Origin: Candidatus Velthaea sp.
GTDB lineage: Bacteria; Vulcanimicrobiota; Vulcanimicrobiia; Vulcanimicrobiales; Vulcanimicrobiaceae
Length of the DNA stretch: 64,000 nt
Assembly (NCBI GenBank): GCA_050012475.1
Contig: JBEKHC010000008.1
Location: 14,387-78,386 of the forward strand
Reading direction: 5' to 3'
The position numbers were made by a program, and so were the translations under genes. The notes under the pieces are model-generated. The model made no database searches. It saw only the letters and a program-made list of their open reading frames with translations, and was not told the DNA's origin. How positions within the stretch are numbered: position 1 is the stretch's first letter; each line of letters opens with the position of its first letter. Below are positions 29,201 to 37,799 of the stretch, piece after piece.

Positions 29201-30687
29201 AATTTGATGAGCGCAGCGGCTTGCGAATTGCGTCCGTCGAGATACAAGTCGACGTGCGTGACCTGCTCGGCGCGCTGCCGCTCGCGGGTTTGCACGTGGG
29301 CGTTGAGGCGGCGGCGCAACGTCGAAGCCATCGCGATATCGTCGCTGGTCCACTTGCGCGCGGCGGCCGGATTGCGTCCGCCGATTTTGGCTTCGCCGTC
29401 GCGAAACACCAACAGAAAATCGCGGCCGTCGGGCGCCAGGCGGATGAGCATCGCGTCAGCCGGGGCTTGGGTCGAGGCGACGCCGTCGTGAGCTTGCGCA
29501 TTGAGCTGTGCGGCGACGCGCAGCACGAAGGCGTCGTCTTGCGGTGCGCTCCCGCTGCGTCGCAAGATGTTGTCGACGCGCACCGCGACGCCGTCGGCGG
29601 CGAACAGATCCAAGATGTGCGGCGCTGCTTCGAGCGTCGCGCTGCCGATGTCGTCGGAGACGAGCACCGTGGCCGCGATCTGCGCCTGCAGCGATGCGGT
29701 GCGCGAACGTTGGCGTTCTTTCTCGAGCCGCGAATCGAGCTGCCAGGTCAGGATGTGGCCGATGAGTTCGCAGACCGCGCGTTTGCGGTAGCCGACCCAG
29801 CGCGGCCGGCGGTGATGACAGGTGATGAGACCCCACAAGCGGCCGCGGACGACGATCGAAATCGAAAGCGTCGCCCGGCTGCCGGTACGCACCAGCGAGT
29901 CGAGATATTCGGGTGCGATTCCGCATAGCGTCGCCGCCGAAAGATCGATCGCCGCGACCGGCCGGCGCGGATGGATCAGCCGCGCCGGCACGTAGTGGGT
30001 GTCGGGGATGACGCGCAGGGTGTGGCGCACATGCACCCGGCGGACCGATTCCGGGATATAATCGGCGGGGAAGCGCTTTCCCAAATAGCTTAGCGGCACG
30101 CCGGGGCCGGCCGTTTCGGCGACGACTTCGGACGTCCAATCGCTCTCGAACCGGTGGATGACGACCCGGTCGAAGCCGCTGATCGTGCGCACGTCGCGCG
30201 CCGCGTTGGCGAGCAGCGCCGGGATGTCGGTCGCGGTCGCGAGCCGCTCGATGGGCGCGTGCGCGTCGGCGAACGTCGGCCCGCTCGGCGCCGCCAGACA
30301 CGGTTCGAATTCGAGGATCGAGCGGTCGCCGTCGAGCCGGTGGATGGCGAATTCGACGTGGACGGGTTCACCGTGCCCGGCGAGGTGGAGTTCGTGCGCG
30401 TTGGTCGCGGTCGCCGGCGCTCCGCGCAGCTTGGCCACGAAGTTCTCGGCGCCGGCGGCGTCCAACAGCGCCGAGATCGGCGCTCCGCACAAGTCGAGGG
30501 CCGGGACGCCCAGCAAGGTCTGGGTATTTTCGCTGATCGCCTCGATAGTGAGCGCCGCGTTGCCGATGACGGCCAGAATGCCGTAGGGTTGAATCGTCTC
30601 CGGCGCGACGAAGTCGCCCTCCACGCATGGGGCCGGAATAGACGGGCGAACGGTCTCTTGCATGCTCATAACGGGCGCTGGACGCAT
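26284..30687 (-). CDS. Phytochrome-like hybrid sensor kinase (PAS-GAF-PHY-GAF-GAF-PAS-HisKA-HATPase-REC-Hpt)
   Basis: IQPYG, GFDRV, LWGLITCHH, SHEIRTPMN, NLTGNALKFT, DTGIG, GGTGLGL, FMDCHMP, AHRLRG. Confidence 0.92.
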   Translation of the reverse strand: MRPAPVMSMQETVRPSIPAPCVEGDFVAPETIQPYGILAVIGNAALTIEAISENTQTLLGVPALDLCGAPISALLDAAGAENFVAKLRGAPATATNAHELHLAGHGEPVHVEFAIHRLDGDRSILEFEPCLAAPSGPTFADAHAPIERLATATDIPALLANAARDVRTISGFDRVVIHRFESDWTSEVVAETAGPGVPLSYLGKRFPADYIPESVRRVHVRHTLRVIPDTHYVPARLIHPRRPVAAIDLSAATLCGIAPEYLDSLVRTGSRATLSISIVVRGRLWGLITCHHRRPRWVGYRKRAVCELIGHILTWQLDSRLEKERQRSRTASLQAQIAATVLVSDDIGSATLEAAPHILDLFAADGVAVRVDNILRRSGSAPQDDAFVLRVAAQLNAQAHDGVASTQAPADAMLIRLAPDGRDFLLVFRDGEAKIGGRNPAAARKWTSDDIAMASTLRRRLNAHVQTRERQRAEQVTHVDLYLDGRNSQAAALIKLHEDVAAALPSRAAIANVILAFAQAQTNAGGSVMETLTDSEIVYEAATGMLAPYAGTRIPRAGSLSGISADLRAPLLCDDSIRDVERAEREACQRMGVASMVVVPIALSDQVTIVLKVASAQSGAFGDDDIQTLKLAASNLLTALRAAQRFAALAAAEREQRSYAGRLRALHAIASTTTSNRKDQIDAALRLGLEQLDLDWAFLGVIDYGAQEYVIENSIGREGVFVVEAGVRTPLGATIVGRVSHAKGVQIVQQVCETEESRVYGGWGSYIAAPLFIGGVNYGTIGFASREARPQPFSEPNIEFVAVAGELIASAVERGQQREKLQTSEARYRALTEAIPEMVWVIDAADQFEYVNARWTNYTGFTIEQSRASGLQAIYDPEDWPNVATARRATPSVEYDCEVRLRRRDGAYRWHLVRSVPFRDSAGDAGKWLVTATDIEERKSAEALMVNVHDAALAATEAKSRFLATMSHEIRTPMNAVIGMTELLLLSQLSEEQREYIEIVRDSGQSLLRVLDDILDYSKIEAGKLELESVHFDLSGQVESVVELLRAQYQIKGVRLTTSFGTDVPAIVAGDPGRLRQILLNLTGNALKFTPAGGSVNIDVVAPAANAGEAIPIRFTVEDTGIGIAPATVGRLFQPFSQGDQSTTRKYGGTGLGLSICSQLVALMNGEIGVRSVPGEGSAFWFEISLQGVKESRKAHDSRKRGAARGKPVVMRPEKILLVEDNEINTLLALKQLQRIGFVVTAVPNGQQAVEAVTREPFDLVFMDCHMPVMDGFEATREIRRLEAGGAHHLTIVAMTADARTADHQNCLDAGMDDYVSKPTSLESLRVVLERWLPAPDRRRNTRSAANRTRPAASIRVSKLLELFGGDRSAVIALLKTAVESIKADLARIEAHTAAGEFANVAEAAHRLRGTCASIRSDRLGELCLAAELASSATTPAISDALLTEIRGAVETLVSDAEKHRAVLSIG

Positions 30688-30767
30688 CGTTCGATTATTG
30701 CGCTCGTTACCCAGTCCTCGTCCGTTATGTCTTTACAAATGGGCTGGTGGGCGGTCCAGCCGCTGGC

Positions 30768-32735
30768 TCAGTTTTTCGCCTCGAGCGCGGCCGTCGCGGC
30801 ATCGAGGGACGCGACGGAGCGGCTGATCGCCGCCCCGATCGCGGCGCTCTCGCCGGTCCCCACGGCCGCGTCGAGGTCGGGGAATGGAAGTCCGGCGCCG
30901 GCCGTTCCATAGAGCAGGGTGTCGAGGGATTGCGCGGCGCGAAGCTCGCGCGCCGCCAGATTGCGCGGGCGCGCACTGGAGCGATCGAAGCCGTCTGCGG
31001 CGGCGTCGAAGCGGTCGATCGCGTGGGTGAGCGCCGGCCAGCCGGTCCGCAAATCGGGCCGCACGGACGGAGCGGCGCGGTTGGCGAGCCCGGTGCTGCC
31101 GGCCCTCAGCTGCGCGGTGTAGCCCGAAAACGCATAGGGGACGTAGTCGGCGTCGGCCAGCCGCAACGCAACGATTCCATAGAGTTGCGCTGCCGCGCGG
31201 TGGAGGCTGAAATCGGGGTCGCTGAAGCGCGCGGCATAGGCCAGGGTGTCGTCGCTGGAATCCCGGGCGGCGAACGGCCCGCGAAAATTCAGCGCGCCGA
31301 CCGGTGTGCCGGTCGGGGTGAGAAACGGCACCACGTCGCTGCCGCCGGCCGGCATGTCGACGCGCGGCGCCCCGAGCGGCGCTTGCGCTGCCCAGCGGTC
31401 GTAGACGGTTCCGGCTCCGCCCGGATCGCGCACGGACCGGGCGGCATCGACGATGACCGGCGCGATCGCAGCGGCCGCGGCGGCTGCGATCGCCGATCCA
31501 CTGACGTTGGCATCCGCATTCAGATAGGCGAAACAGCCGCGCGCGAGTTCGAGGGTATGGCGCTGCGCGTAGGCCTGCGATCCGAGCAGTCCGATCTCGG
31601 CACCGTCCCAGCCCGCGATCACCAGCGTCCGCGCCGGGCGCCAGCCGCTGCGCAGCAGAAAGCCGAAGCCGCGCGCGACTTCCAGCATCGTGGCGATGCC
31701 GGCGCCGTTGTCGCCCGCACCGTAGACCCAGGCGTCGCGATGGGCGCCAAGCACGATGTTTTCGTCGCCGTGCAGGCCGGGGATCGTGCCGACCGTGTTC
31801 CACAGCGTCGTTGTTTTCCGATTGAGCTTGACGATCAGATGGACGCGGCCCGGACCGCGGCCCAAGGGGTACGCGACGGGCAGCGCGCCGCCCCAATCCG
31901 GCGGACCGGCGCTTCCATGCAGCGACCCGAGCAGTATCTGCGCGTTGGCCGCCGAGACCGGCAGCGTCGGAACGTGCATTGCCGGGCCGACCCAGCCGCG
32001 CTCGACCGCGCCAGGCGGACGCCACGGTCCGTTCGGATACGTCGGACCGCGCGCTGCGCCATCGTCCTTGGGATCGGAGTAGAAGATGATTCCGGCGGCG
32101 CCGTGGGCTTGAGCGCGCTCGGCCAACAGTCCGCGGAATTGGGCTCCGTAACGAATGAGCACGACGGCATCGCGGACGTCGACACCGGCGCGCGCGAGGC
32201 TCCGGTAGTCGGCGTCCAGCCCGCGATTGGCAAAGACGAGCGACGCGACGACGTCGCCGTCGCCGCTGCCGGCGTTGAACGGCAAACCGATGTCGCGCGT
32301 CTGCGTCGCGGGATCGGCCGGGTCGCCCGCTTCCGCCAGCGCGAGCGCTACCGGGAAGGCGGAGTGCCGGCCGCGCCCTTTGCGCGGCGCGCCGTCTCGG
32401 GTTTGCGGGTCGAGTTCGACGACGAGTTCGCGCGGCGTATCGACGCGCGCGGTGAACGGTTCCAAGTCGGCACTGATGCCGGCCGCGCGCATGCGATCGC
32501 GCATCTCGATCGCCGACGCGTAGTCCGCCGGCGTTCCGGCGTAGTGCGGCCGTGCGGCGAACGCGGTTACTATTTCGAGCGTGCTTTGCGCGCTCGGGAT
32601 GTCGCTGAACTGCGACTCGATTTGCCGTTCGCCTGCGCTTTCGCCTGGCGTGTACCCGCGCAGTGTCGCAGGTCCGGCCGCAGCGAGCGACGCCAGGCTC
32701 AAACCGACGAACGCTACGGTCCGCAGAGGCTCCAT
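30768..32735 (-). CDS. M28B glutamate carboxypeptidase/transferrin-receptor-like protein with PA domain (catalytic residues altered)
   Basis: PHYAGT, YSDPKDDG..YPNGPWRP, GAHRDAW, WDGAEIGLLGS, YLNAD. Confidence 0.88.
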   Translation of the reverse strand: MEPLRTVAFVGLSLASLAAAGPATLRGYTPGESAGERQIESQFSDIPSAQSTLEIVTAFAARPHYAGTPADYASAIEMRDRMRAAGISADLEPFTARVDTPRELVVELDPQTRDGAPRKGRGRHSAFPVALALAEAGDPADPATQTRDIGLPFNAGSGDGDVVASLVFANRGLDADYRSLARAGVDVRDAVVLIRYGAQFRGLLAERAQAHGAAGIIFYSDPKDDGAARGPTYPNGPWRPPGAVERGWVGPAMHVPTLPVSAANAQILLGSLHGSAGPPDWGGALPVAYPLGRGPGRVHLIVKLNRKTTTLWNTVGTIPGLHGDENIVLGAHRDAWVYGAGDNGAGIATMLEVARGFGFLLRSGWRPARTLVIAGWDGAEIGLLGSQAYAQRHTLELARGCFAYLNADANVSGSAIAAAAAAAIAPVIVDAARSVRDPGGAGTVYDRWAAQAPLGAPRVDMPAGGSDVVPFLTPTGTPVGALNFRGPFAARDSSDDTLAYAARFSDPDFSLHRAAAQLYGIVALRLADADYVPYAFSGYTAQLRAGSTGLANRAAPSVRPDLRTGWPALTHAIDRFDAAADGFDRSSARPRNLAARELRAAQSLDTLLYGTAGAGLPFPDLDAAVGTGESAAIGAAISRSVASLDAATAALEAKN

Positions 32736-32807
32736 CTGCGCCGCCGGTTCGTGTTTGCGGCGCATCCGTCCCCGTGGTTGGCGCGCACATCCGGGTATGA
32801 CGCGCAC

Positions 32808-33950
32808 ATGCGGGTAACGATCGTCGGTGCCGGACCGGCCGGCGGGGCTGCGGCGATAACGCTGGCGCGGCACGGCGCGACGGTCCGGCTGCTCGAACGC
32901 AGCGCGTGGCCGCGCGCGAAAACGTGCGGCGACGGGATTTCGCCCGACTCGGTACGGATCGCCACGGAACTCGGCATCGATCTGACCGACCGGCTTGCGC
33001 TCGAAGTCGGGACGATGAGCGCGCCCAGCCGGGCCGCGATATCGAGCGGCTGGCCGGCGGCGACGCCCTGGGGGACGATCGTCGAACGGCGTGACTTCGA
33101 CGCCCGGCTCGTCGACGCCGCGGTCGCGGCCGGCGCCGGATTCGAACCGCGCACGACCGTGCGCGAGATCATCCCGACGGTCGACGGCGCGCGCGTCGGC
33201 GTGCGCGGTGCCAGCGGGGTCGATGCGTGCGAAGACGCCGATGCCGTGCTGTTGGCCGAGGGCGCGACCGGCGGTTTGGGCGCCGCGCTCGGTTTCGGCC
33301 GTCATCGCTCGCGCCTGGTTGCGCTGCGCGGCTACGTCCGCAGCGACATCGATTTGGATGCGGCGTTCGGACTGCACTTCGATGCGAGCGTGGTGCCCGG
33401 TTACGCGTGGATTTTTCCGCTCAGCCGGCGCCACGCCAACGTCGGCATTCTCGTCGACGAGCGTTTCTCGCGTTCGCACGACCTGCGCGGCATTCTCGAT
33501 GGGTGGCTGCGCGACAGCCCGTTCGCTCGTCGCCAATTGGGAAGCCGGCCGGTGGTCGAAGCGATGTCGGGCGGGGTGATCCCGACCGGACGCCGGCGGC
33601 GCACGCACGGCGCGGTGTTCGCCATCGGCGACGCCGCCGGTGTCGCCGATCCCTTTTCCGCTGAAGGCATCGCGCAAGCGATGTCGACCGGGCGGGCCGC
33701 TGCACACGCGCTGATCGCCGCCGGCGGCGACAGCGCCGCCGCCGCACGCAGGTACCGGCGCGCGCTGCGGGCGTTCGACGCGCAGGCCCGCGCTTCGCGG
33801 CGCATGCGTCTGGTCTTCCCCTATGTCGTCGATCCGCTGACGCAACGCGGGGCAATCCGGCCGCGGCTCGCGCACCATCTTTCGAGCGAAGGGTTCTTCC
33901 GCAAGCAATCCGTCGCTGTATTCTTGTGGGGTATCGCTCGCGCATGGTAA
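32808..33950 (+). CDS. Geranylgeranyl reductase-family FAD oxidoreductase
   Basis: IVGAGPAG, PRAKTCGDG, RRDFDARL, GYAWIFP, GDAAGVADPFSAEGI. Confidence 0.9.
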   Translation: MRVTIVGAGPAGGAAAITLARHGATVRLLERSAWPRAKTCGDGISPDSVRIATELGIDLTDRLALEVGTMSAPSRAAISSGWPAATPWGTIVERRDFDARLVDAAVAAGAGFEPRTTVREIIPTVDGARVGVRGASGVDACEDADAVLLAEGATGGLGAALGFGRHRSRLVALRGYVRSDIDLDAAFGLHFDASVVPGYAWIFPLSRRHANVGILVDERFSRSHDLRGILDGWLRDSPFARRQLGSRPVVEAMSGGVIPTGRRRRTHGAVFAIGDAAGVADPFSAEGIAQAMSTGRAAAHALIAAGGDSAAAARRYRRALRAFDAQARASRRMRLVFPYVVDPLTQRGAIRPRLAHHLSSEGFFRKQSVAVFLWGIARAW

Positions 33951-34732
33951 CGCTGAAGAATCGGCTGGCAAAGCTCTTGATCGACCCCACGTTCCGGCAT
34001 CCGGGGCTGCTCAAAGTCGTTTTCTCGATCGATGATGTGACGGGCATCGATCTGGTCAAGACGCTGGCGCCGTTCCGGCTGATGCCCGCGTCACGCAAGC
34101 TGTTCTCGCGGTGCTTCGCGCACTTTGTTTCGGGCGAGGAAATCTCGCTGGCCGCTTCGACGCAGCTCGCGGCGCTCGCCCCGGACCGCGCCGCGCACGA
34201 CTATCTGCTCGTGCAGGCCGGTGAAGAGCGCCGGCATCTCGATCATTTCTGCGATAAGCTGTCGGCGTTCGGATTGGGCGAAACGGAACTCGAGCGTTTT
34301 CTGGCACCGAGTTTTACGGCTTTCGGCGCGGCGATCTCCGAGCGCATCGAGCGCGGCGATTACGTCGCCGGGATTATCGGCAACAACATCGTGGTCGAAG
34401 GCCTAGCGATCTGCCTGCTCGAGCTGGGCTGCGGCGACATGCGGGCCAATTCGGACGAGATCGCGGCCTTCATGGACTTCGTGCTCGAAGACGAACGTCA
34501 TCACGTCCGCTTCGGCGAACGGATGCTCAAGCGGATGAACGAACGCGACCAAATCGACCGAGCGGCCGCCGAGGATTTCTACGGAATCATGTGGCAACTC
34601 GTGCGCAAGGCGATCCACGAGATTCCCGACGTCCTCGATGCGATGGGCCTGGTACCGGCGACGCTGGAACGTGACGTGAAGACGTATTACGATCGCCGCT
34701 TTGCTGCAGCCGGGTTGACGTTCGCCGTCTAA
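33944..34732 (+). CDS. Ferritin-like diiron protein, aldehyde-deformylating oxygenase-like
   Basis: Carboxylate/His ligand pattern GEE..EERRH..VVEG..DERHH. Confidence 0.8.
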   Translation: MVTLKNRLAKLLIDPTFRHPGLLKVVFSIDDVTGIDLVKTLAPFRLMPASRKLFSRCFAHFVSGEEISLAASTQLAALAPDRAAHDYLLVQAGEERRHLDHFCDKLSAFGLGETELERFLAPSFTAFGAAISERIERGDYVAGIIGNNIVVEGLAICLLELGCGDMRANSDEIAAFMDFVLEDERHHVRFGERMLKRMNERDQIDRAAAEDFYGIMWQLVRKAIHEIPDVLDAMGLVPATLERDVKTYYDRRFAAAGLTFAV

Positions 34733-34785
34733 GCTTTCCAGACATCCGGCTTCACTCACCCGAGCCGGGAGCCGATACGTTCGTC

Positions 34786-35052
34786 ATGACGCAGGGACCA
34801 GCGGTCAACGCCTATGTGTTTGCCTTTTTCTTCGCAGCGAGTTTCTTGATCGGCGGAAAACGGCCGATCTTGACGCTCTCGACGCGCGTGCTGCTCGTCG
34901 TCGTGCTCGCGTTCGCGTTCGGTTACGTCCTCAGCGAACACACCGTTTGGCATTCTGTCTTGGGTGCGGCGGCGTTGATCCTCAACTTCGTTTTCATCGG
35001 CTTCGCTTCGATCGACTACTGGAACTGGCACACGGGCAAAGCCTCGCGTTAA
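34786..35052 (+). CDS. Small membrane protein (about 3 TM)
   Basis: 88-aa hydrophobic ORF downstream of the diiron gene. Confidence 0.65.
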   Translation: MTQGPAVNAYVFAFFFAASFLIGGKRPILTLSTRVLLVVVLAFAFGYVLSEHTVWHSVLGAAALILNFVFIGFASIDYWNWHTGKASR

Positions 35053-35445
35053 ACTCGCCGAAACGATCGGCGAAGACTCGGTCCTCCCTTAAAGCGAGTT
35101 TCTGACCGCCTCCGTTCCGGTCGCTCGATCGAACGTGACGATCGTGCAAGCCGTCGAGCTTCATGTTTGGGTTCGGCGCGCACTCGTGGTTCGCACGCCT
35201 TCGCGCCGGCCATCCACGGCATTCGACGGCGTTCGGCCGAGCGCAGCGCTGTCGCACGAACCCACCGTCTTGCGCCGCGGCGGATGGCCGGACGGGCGTT
35301 GACAGCACGGTGCTAAATTTCGCCGGCCCACTGCCCGATACGGTGGGGAGAAGAACCGTCCGGCACCAGCCGCGAACTGGACCGGGCGGTGCTCGGCTGC
35401 TGTGTTATCGGCGGCGAGCCGTATTTCAACTTGTAGGCGAACGTC

Positions 35446-36591
35446 ATGTGGATCGAACAGACGCGGTGGGACGCCGGCGTGGGTTGGCTGTCGAATGCGA
35501 CCTTACCGAACTCGAACGCGGATTTGGTTCTGTACTTTGGCAACCGCGATGCCCTGCGCTGCCCGGATCGGTATGCCGAGCTGCGCGCGGCATATCCCGG
35601 CGCGAAGATCGTCGGCTGCTCCGCGATGCGCAGCATCGTCGGCGATGCCATGCTCGAGAGTGGAATCGTCGCAGTCGCCCTGGGCTTCGCCCGCACGGCG
35701 GTTCGGATCGCCCAGGCGCACGTCGCCGAGCCGTCACGATCGGCGGCTGCCGGCGAAGTGCTCGGAGCAGCGCTGGCTGCCGACGACCTCGTCGGCGTTT
35801 TCGTGCTCGCCGACGGGCTGCGCGTCAACGGCAGCGACGTGACCGCGGGTCTGCACCGGGCTCTCGGAGTCGGGCCGATGGTCATCGGCGGCATGGCCAG
35901 CGATTCGCTGGACTACACCGAAGTGCTCATCGGGGCTGATTGTGCAGCGCGGAGCGGCATGGTTGCGGCGGTCGGCTTTTACGGTGAGGCGATCCGGTTC
36001 ACGCACGGACGGGGCAGCGGTTGGGATGCTTTCGGACCGCGACGGTCGATCACGCGATCGGCGGGCAACGTACTGTACGAGCTCGACGGGAAGTCGGCAT
36101 TCGCGTTGTATCAGCGATACCTCGCCGAGGAGATGAGGGCCGGCATACCGGCGATGGTGTTGTTTCCGCTCGTCGTTTCGCCCCCCGATCATCCGGATGG
36201 TGCGATCGTGCGGGCGAACATCGGCGTCGATGAGGCGACCGGTGCGATGACGTTTGCCGGCAATGTGCCCGAAGGCTGGACCGCGCGCTTGATGCGCGGC
36301 AACATCGAACGGCTGATCCTCGCCTCGGCGGAGGCCGGACGGCAGGCGTGCGCCGCGTCCGCAAAACCCGGGACACAACGTCTGGCACTCATCGTTGGCT
36401 GCGGCGGTCGTCAACTCTTGATGGGGCAGCGCACCGAGGAAGAACTCGAGGCTGCCGGCGCGATGCTCGGCGACACGAAGCGCATCGGATTCTATTCGTA
36501 TGGCGAGATCGCCCCGACGTCTGAGCGCGGCTTATCCGACGTTCACAACCAGACGATGACCATTACGAGCCTCCACGAAGTCGACGACTGA
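35446..36591 (+). CDS. FIST N/C-domain signal transduction protein
   Basis: IVGCS, DGLRVNGS, GGMA, GWDAFGP..ITRS.GNVLYELDG, GFYSYGEI, HNQTMT. Confidence 0.9.
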   Translation: MWIEQTRWDAGVGWLSNATLPNSNADLVLYFGNRDALRCPDRYAELRAAYPGAKIVGCSAMRSIVGDAMLESGIVAVALGFARTAVRIAQAHVAEPSRSAAAGEVLGAALAADDLVGVFVLADGLRVNGSDVTAGLHRALGVGPMVIGGMASDSLDYTEVLIGADCAARSGMVAAVGFYGEAIRFTHGRGSGWDAFGPRRSITRSAGNVLYELDGKSAFALYQRYLAEEMRAGIPAMVLFPLVVSPPDHPDGAIVRANIGVDEATGAMTFAGNVPEGWTARLMRGNIERLILASAEAGRQACAASAKPGTQRLALIVGCGGRQLLMGQRTEEELEAAGAMLGDTKRIGFYSYGEIAPTSERGLSDVHNQTMTITSLHEVDD

Positions 36592-36595
36592 TCGC

Positions 36596-37366
36596 ATGCA
36601 CCCGCTTCTCGAACGGCAAATCGCGCGGGCGACGCGTCCGTCGGGCGACCTCGATGTCGCCGTTCTGCTGCAGCTCGTCGATGCCGCTTATGCGGAATCG
36701 GACCGTGAACGTGAGCGCAACGACCGTGCCGCATTGCTCACCTGCGAAGAGATGGACAAGCTCAACGAGGAGCTGCGCAAACTCGCTCATCACGATATGT
36801 TAACCGGATTGCCGAACCGCCTGGCCTTTGCCGACTTTGTCCGGCGCGCGGCCGGTCGGGCGAAACAGGGTGAACGGTTTGCTATTCTGCTCGTCGATCT
36901 CGACCGCTTCAAAGCCGTCAACGATATGCTTGGCCACGCGATGGGCGACGCGCTGCTATGCGAAGTCGCGGCGCGGCTGCGTCGTGCCGTTCGTGAAGGC
37001 GACCGAGTCGCCCGAATGGGCGGCGATGAGTTTGCAATCCTCGTCGACGGCTCCGGTCTGCCGGAGAGCGCCGAACAGTTGGCGCACCGGCTCGTGCGCT
37101 CGGTGGGTGCGCCTTATGTCATTCGCGGCTGCGCGATGGCGGTCGGCGCGTCCGTCGGAGTCGCCGTTGGCGATCCCGGTGACCATGATCCCGACCTGCT
37201 GTTGCGCAACGCCGACATCGCGCTATATCAGGCGAAGAACGAGGGCCGCAGCACGTGGCGGGTCTACGCTGAGGATGCTGACGGCTGTGCATCCGATGGT
37301 TGGAGCGACTCGGCGTCGGAGGCCTCACCGGATCAAAACCAGACGGCGCTGCTTCCTCCCGCGTAA
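36596..37366 (+). CDS. Diguanylate cyclase (coiled coil + GGDEF)
   Basis: HDMLTGLPNR, DLDRFKAVND..GH..GD, RMGGDEF. Confidence 0.92.
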   Translation: MHPLLERQIARATRPSGDLDVAVLLQLVDAAYAESDRERERNDRAALLTCEEMDKLNEELRKLAHHDMLTGLPNRLAFADFVRRAAGRAKQGERFAILLVDLDRFKAVNDMLGHAMGDALLCEVAARLRRAVREGDRVARMGGDEFAILVDGSGLPESAEQLAHRLVRSVGAPYVIRGCAMAVGASVGVAVGDPGDHDPDLLLRNADIALYQAKNEGRSTWRVYAEDADGCASDGWSDSASEASPDQNQTALLPPA

Positions 37367-37734
37367 ATCAAGCGCTTGGAGCGTGACCCACGGTGGCGCA
37401 GGGGGCGGCCGATATCGCAGGGCGGCCACCGCCGCAGCCGGTGCAAATGGTCATTCGGGGAAGAGCCGCGGGGCAGCCGCAACCGGGACGAAGGCGTAAC
37501 CTATGAATCGGTCGTCGGGGAACTGCGTTCTCACGTGGACCCCGACCGTTACGGTGACCTGACCGATGAGTTCGAGCAAATGTATTCGGCCGAGGCGTTC
37601 CCGGGCAACGGCAGCGTTATCATGTGCGGGGATATCGACGATCTATTGATCGAGATGGTACGCTACCTCGTCACCCGCAACTAACGCCGCGACTCGGCGC
37701 TCAGAGACGCCTCCTCGGACCATCGGGAAACCAC

Positions 37735-37796
37735 CGCGGCTCGGCCCCAAAGATTCCGAACGCCACGCGGCTCGGCCCGGAGGGCCGAACGCCACG
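37735..37796. repeat. Tandem palindromic repeat
   Basis: CGCGGCTCGGCCC-x-CCGAACGCCA twice; degenerate third unit near 37688. Confidence 0.6.
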
Positions 37797-37799
37797 GGT

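Noticed and set aside
30747..33971. Two mirror-image 1067-aa ORFs on opposite strands
   Set aside because: Each is a real gene (GGR or M28) extended upstream through the stop-poor antisense of the other; a high-GC shadow effect
35299..35316. CIRCE-like half site or sigma70 promoter (TTGACA..GGTGCTAA)
   Set aside because: Lacks the 9-nt spacer and second half of CIRCE; -35/-10 spacing is only 9 nt
37688..37796. Possible mini CRISPR array
   Set aside because: Only 2-3 units with 6-8 nt variable parts, no spacers of CRISPR length and no cas genes
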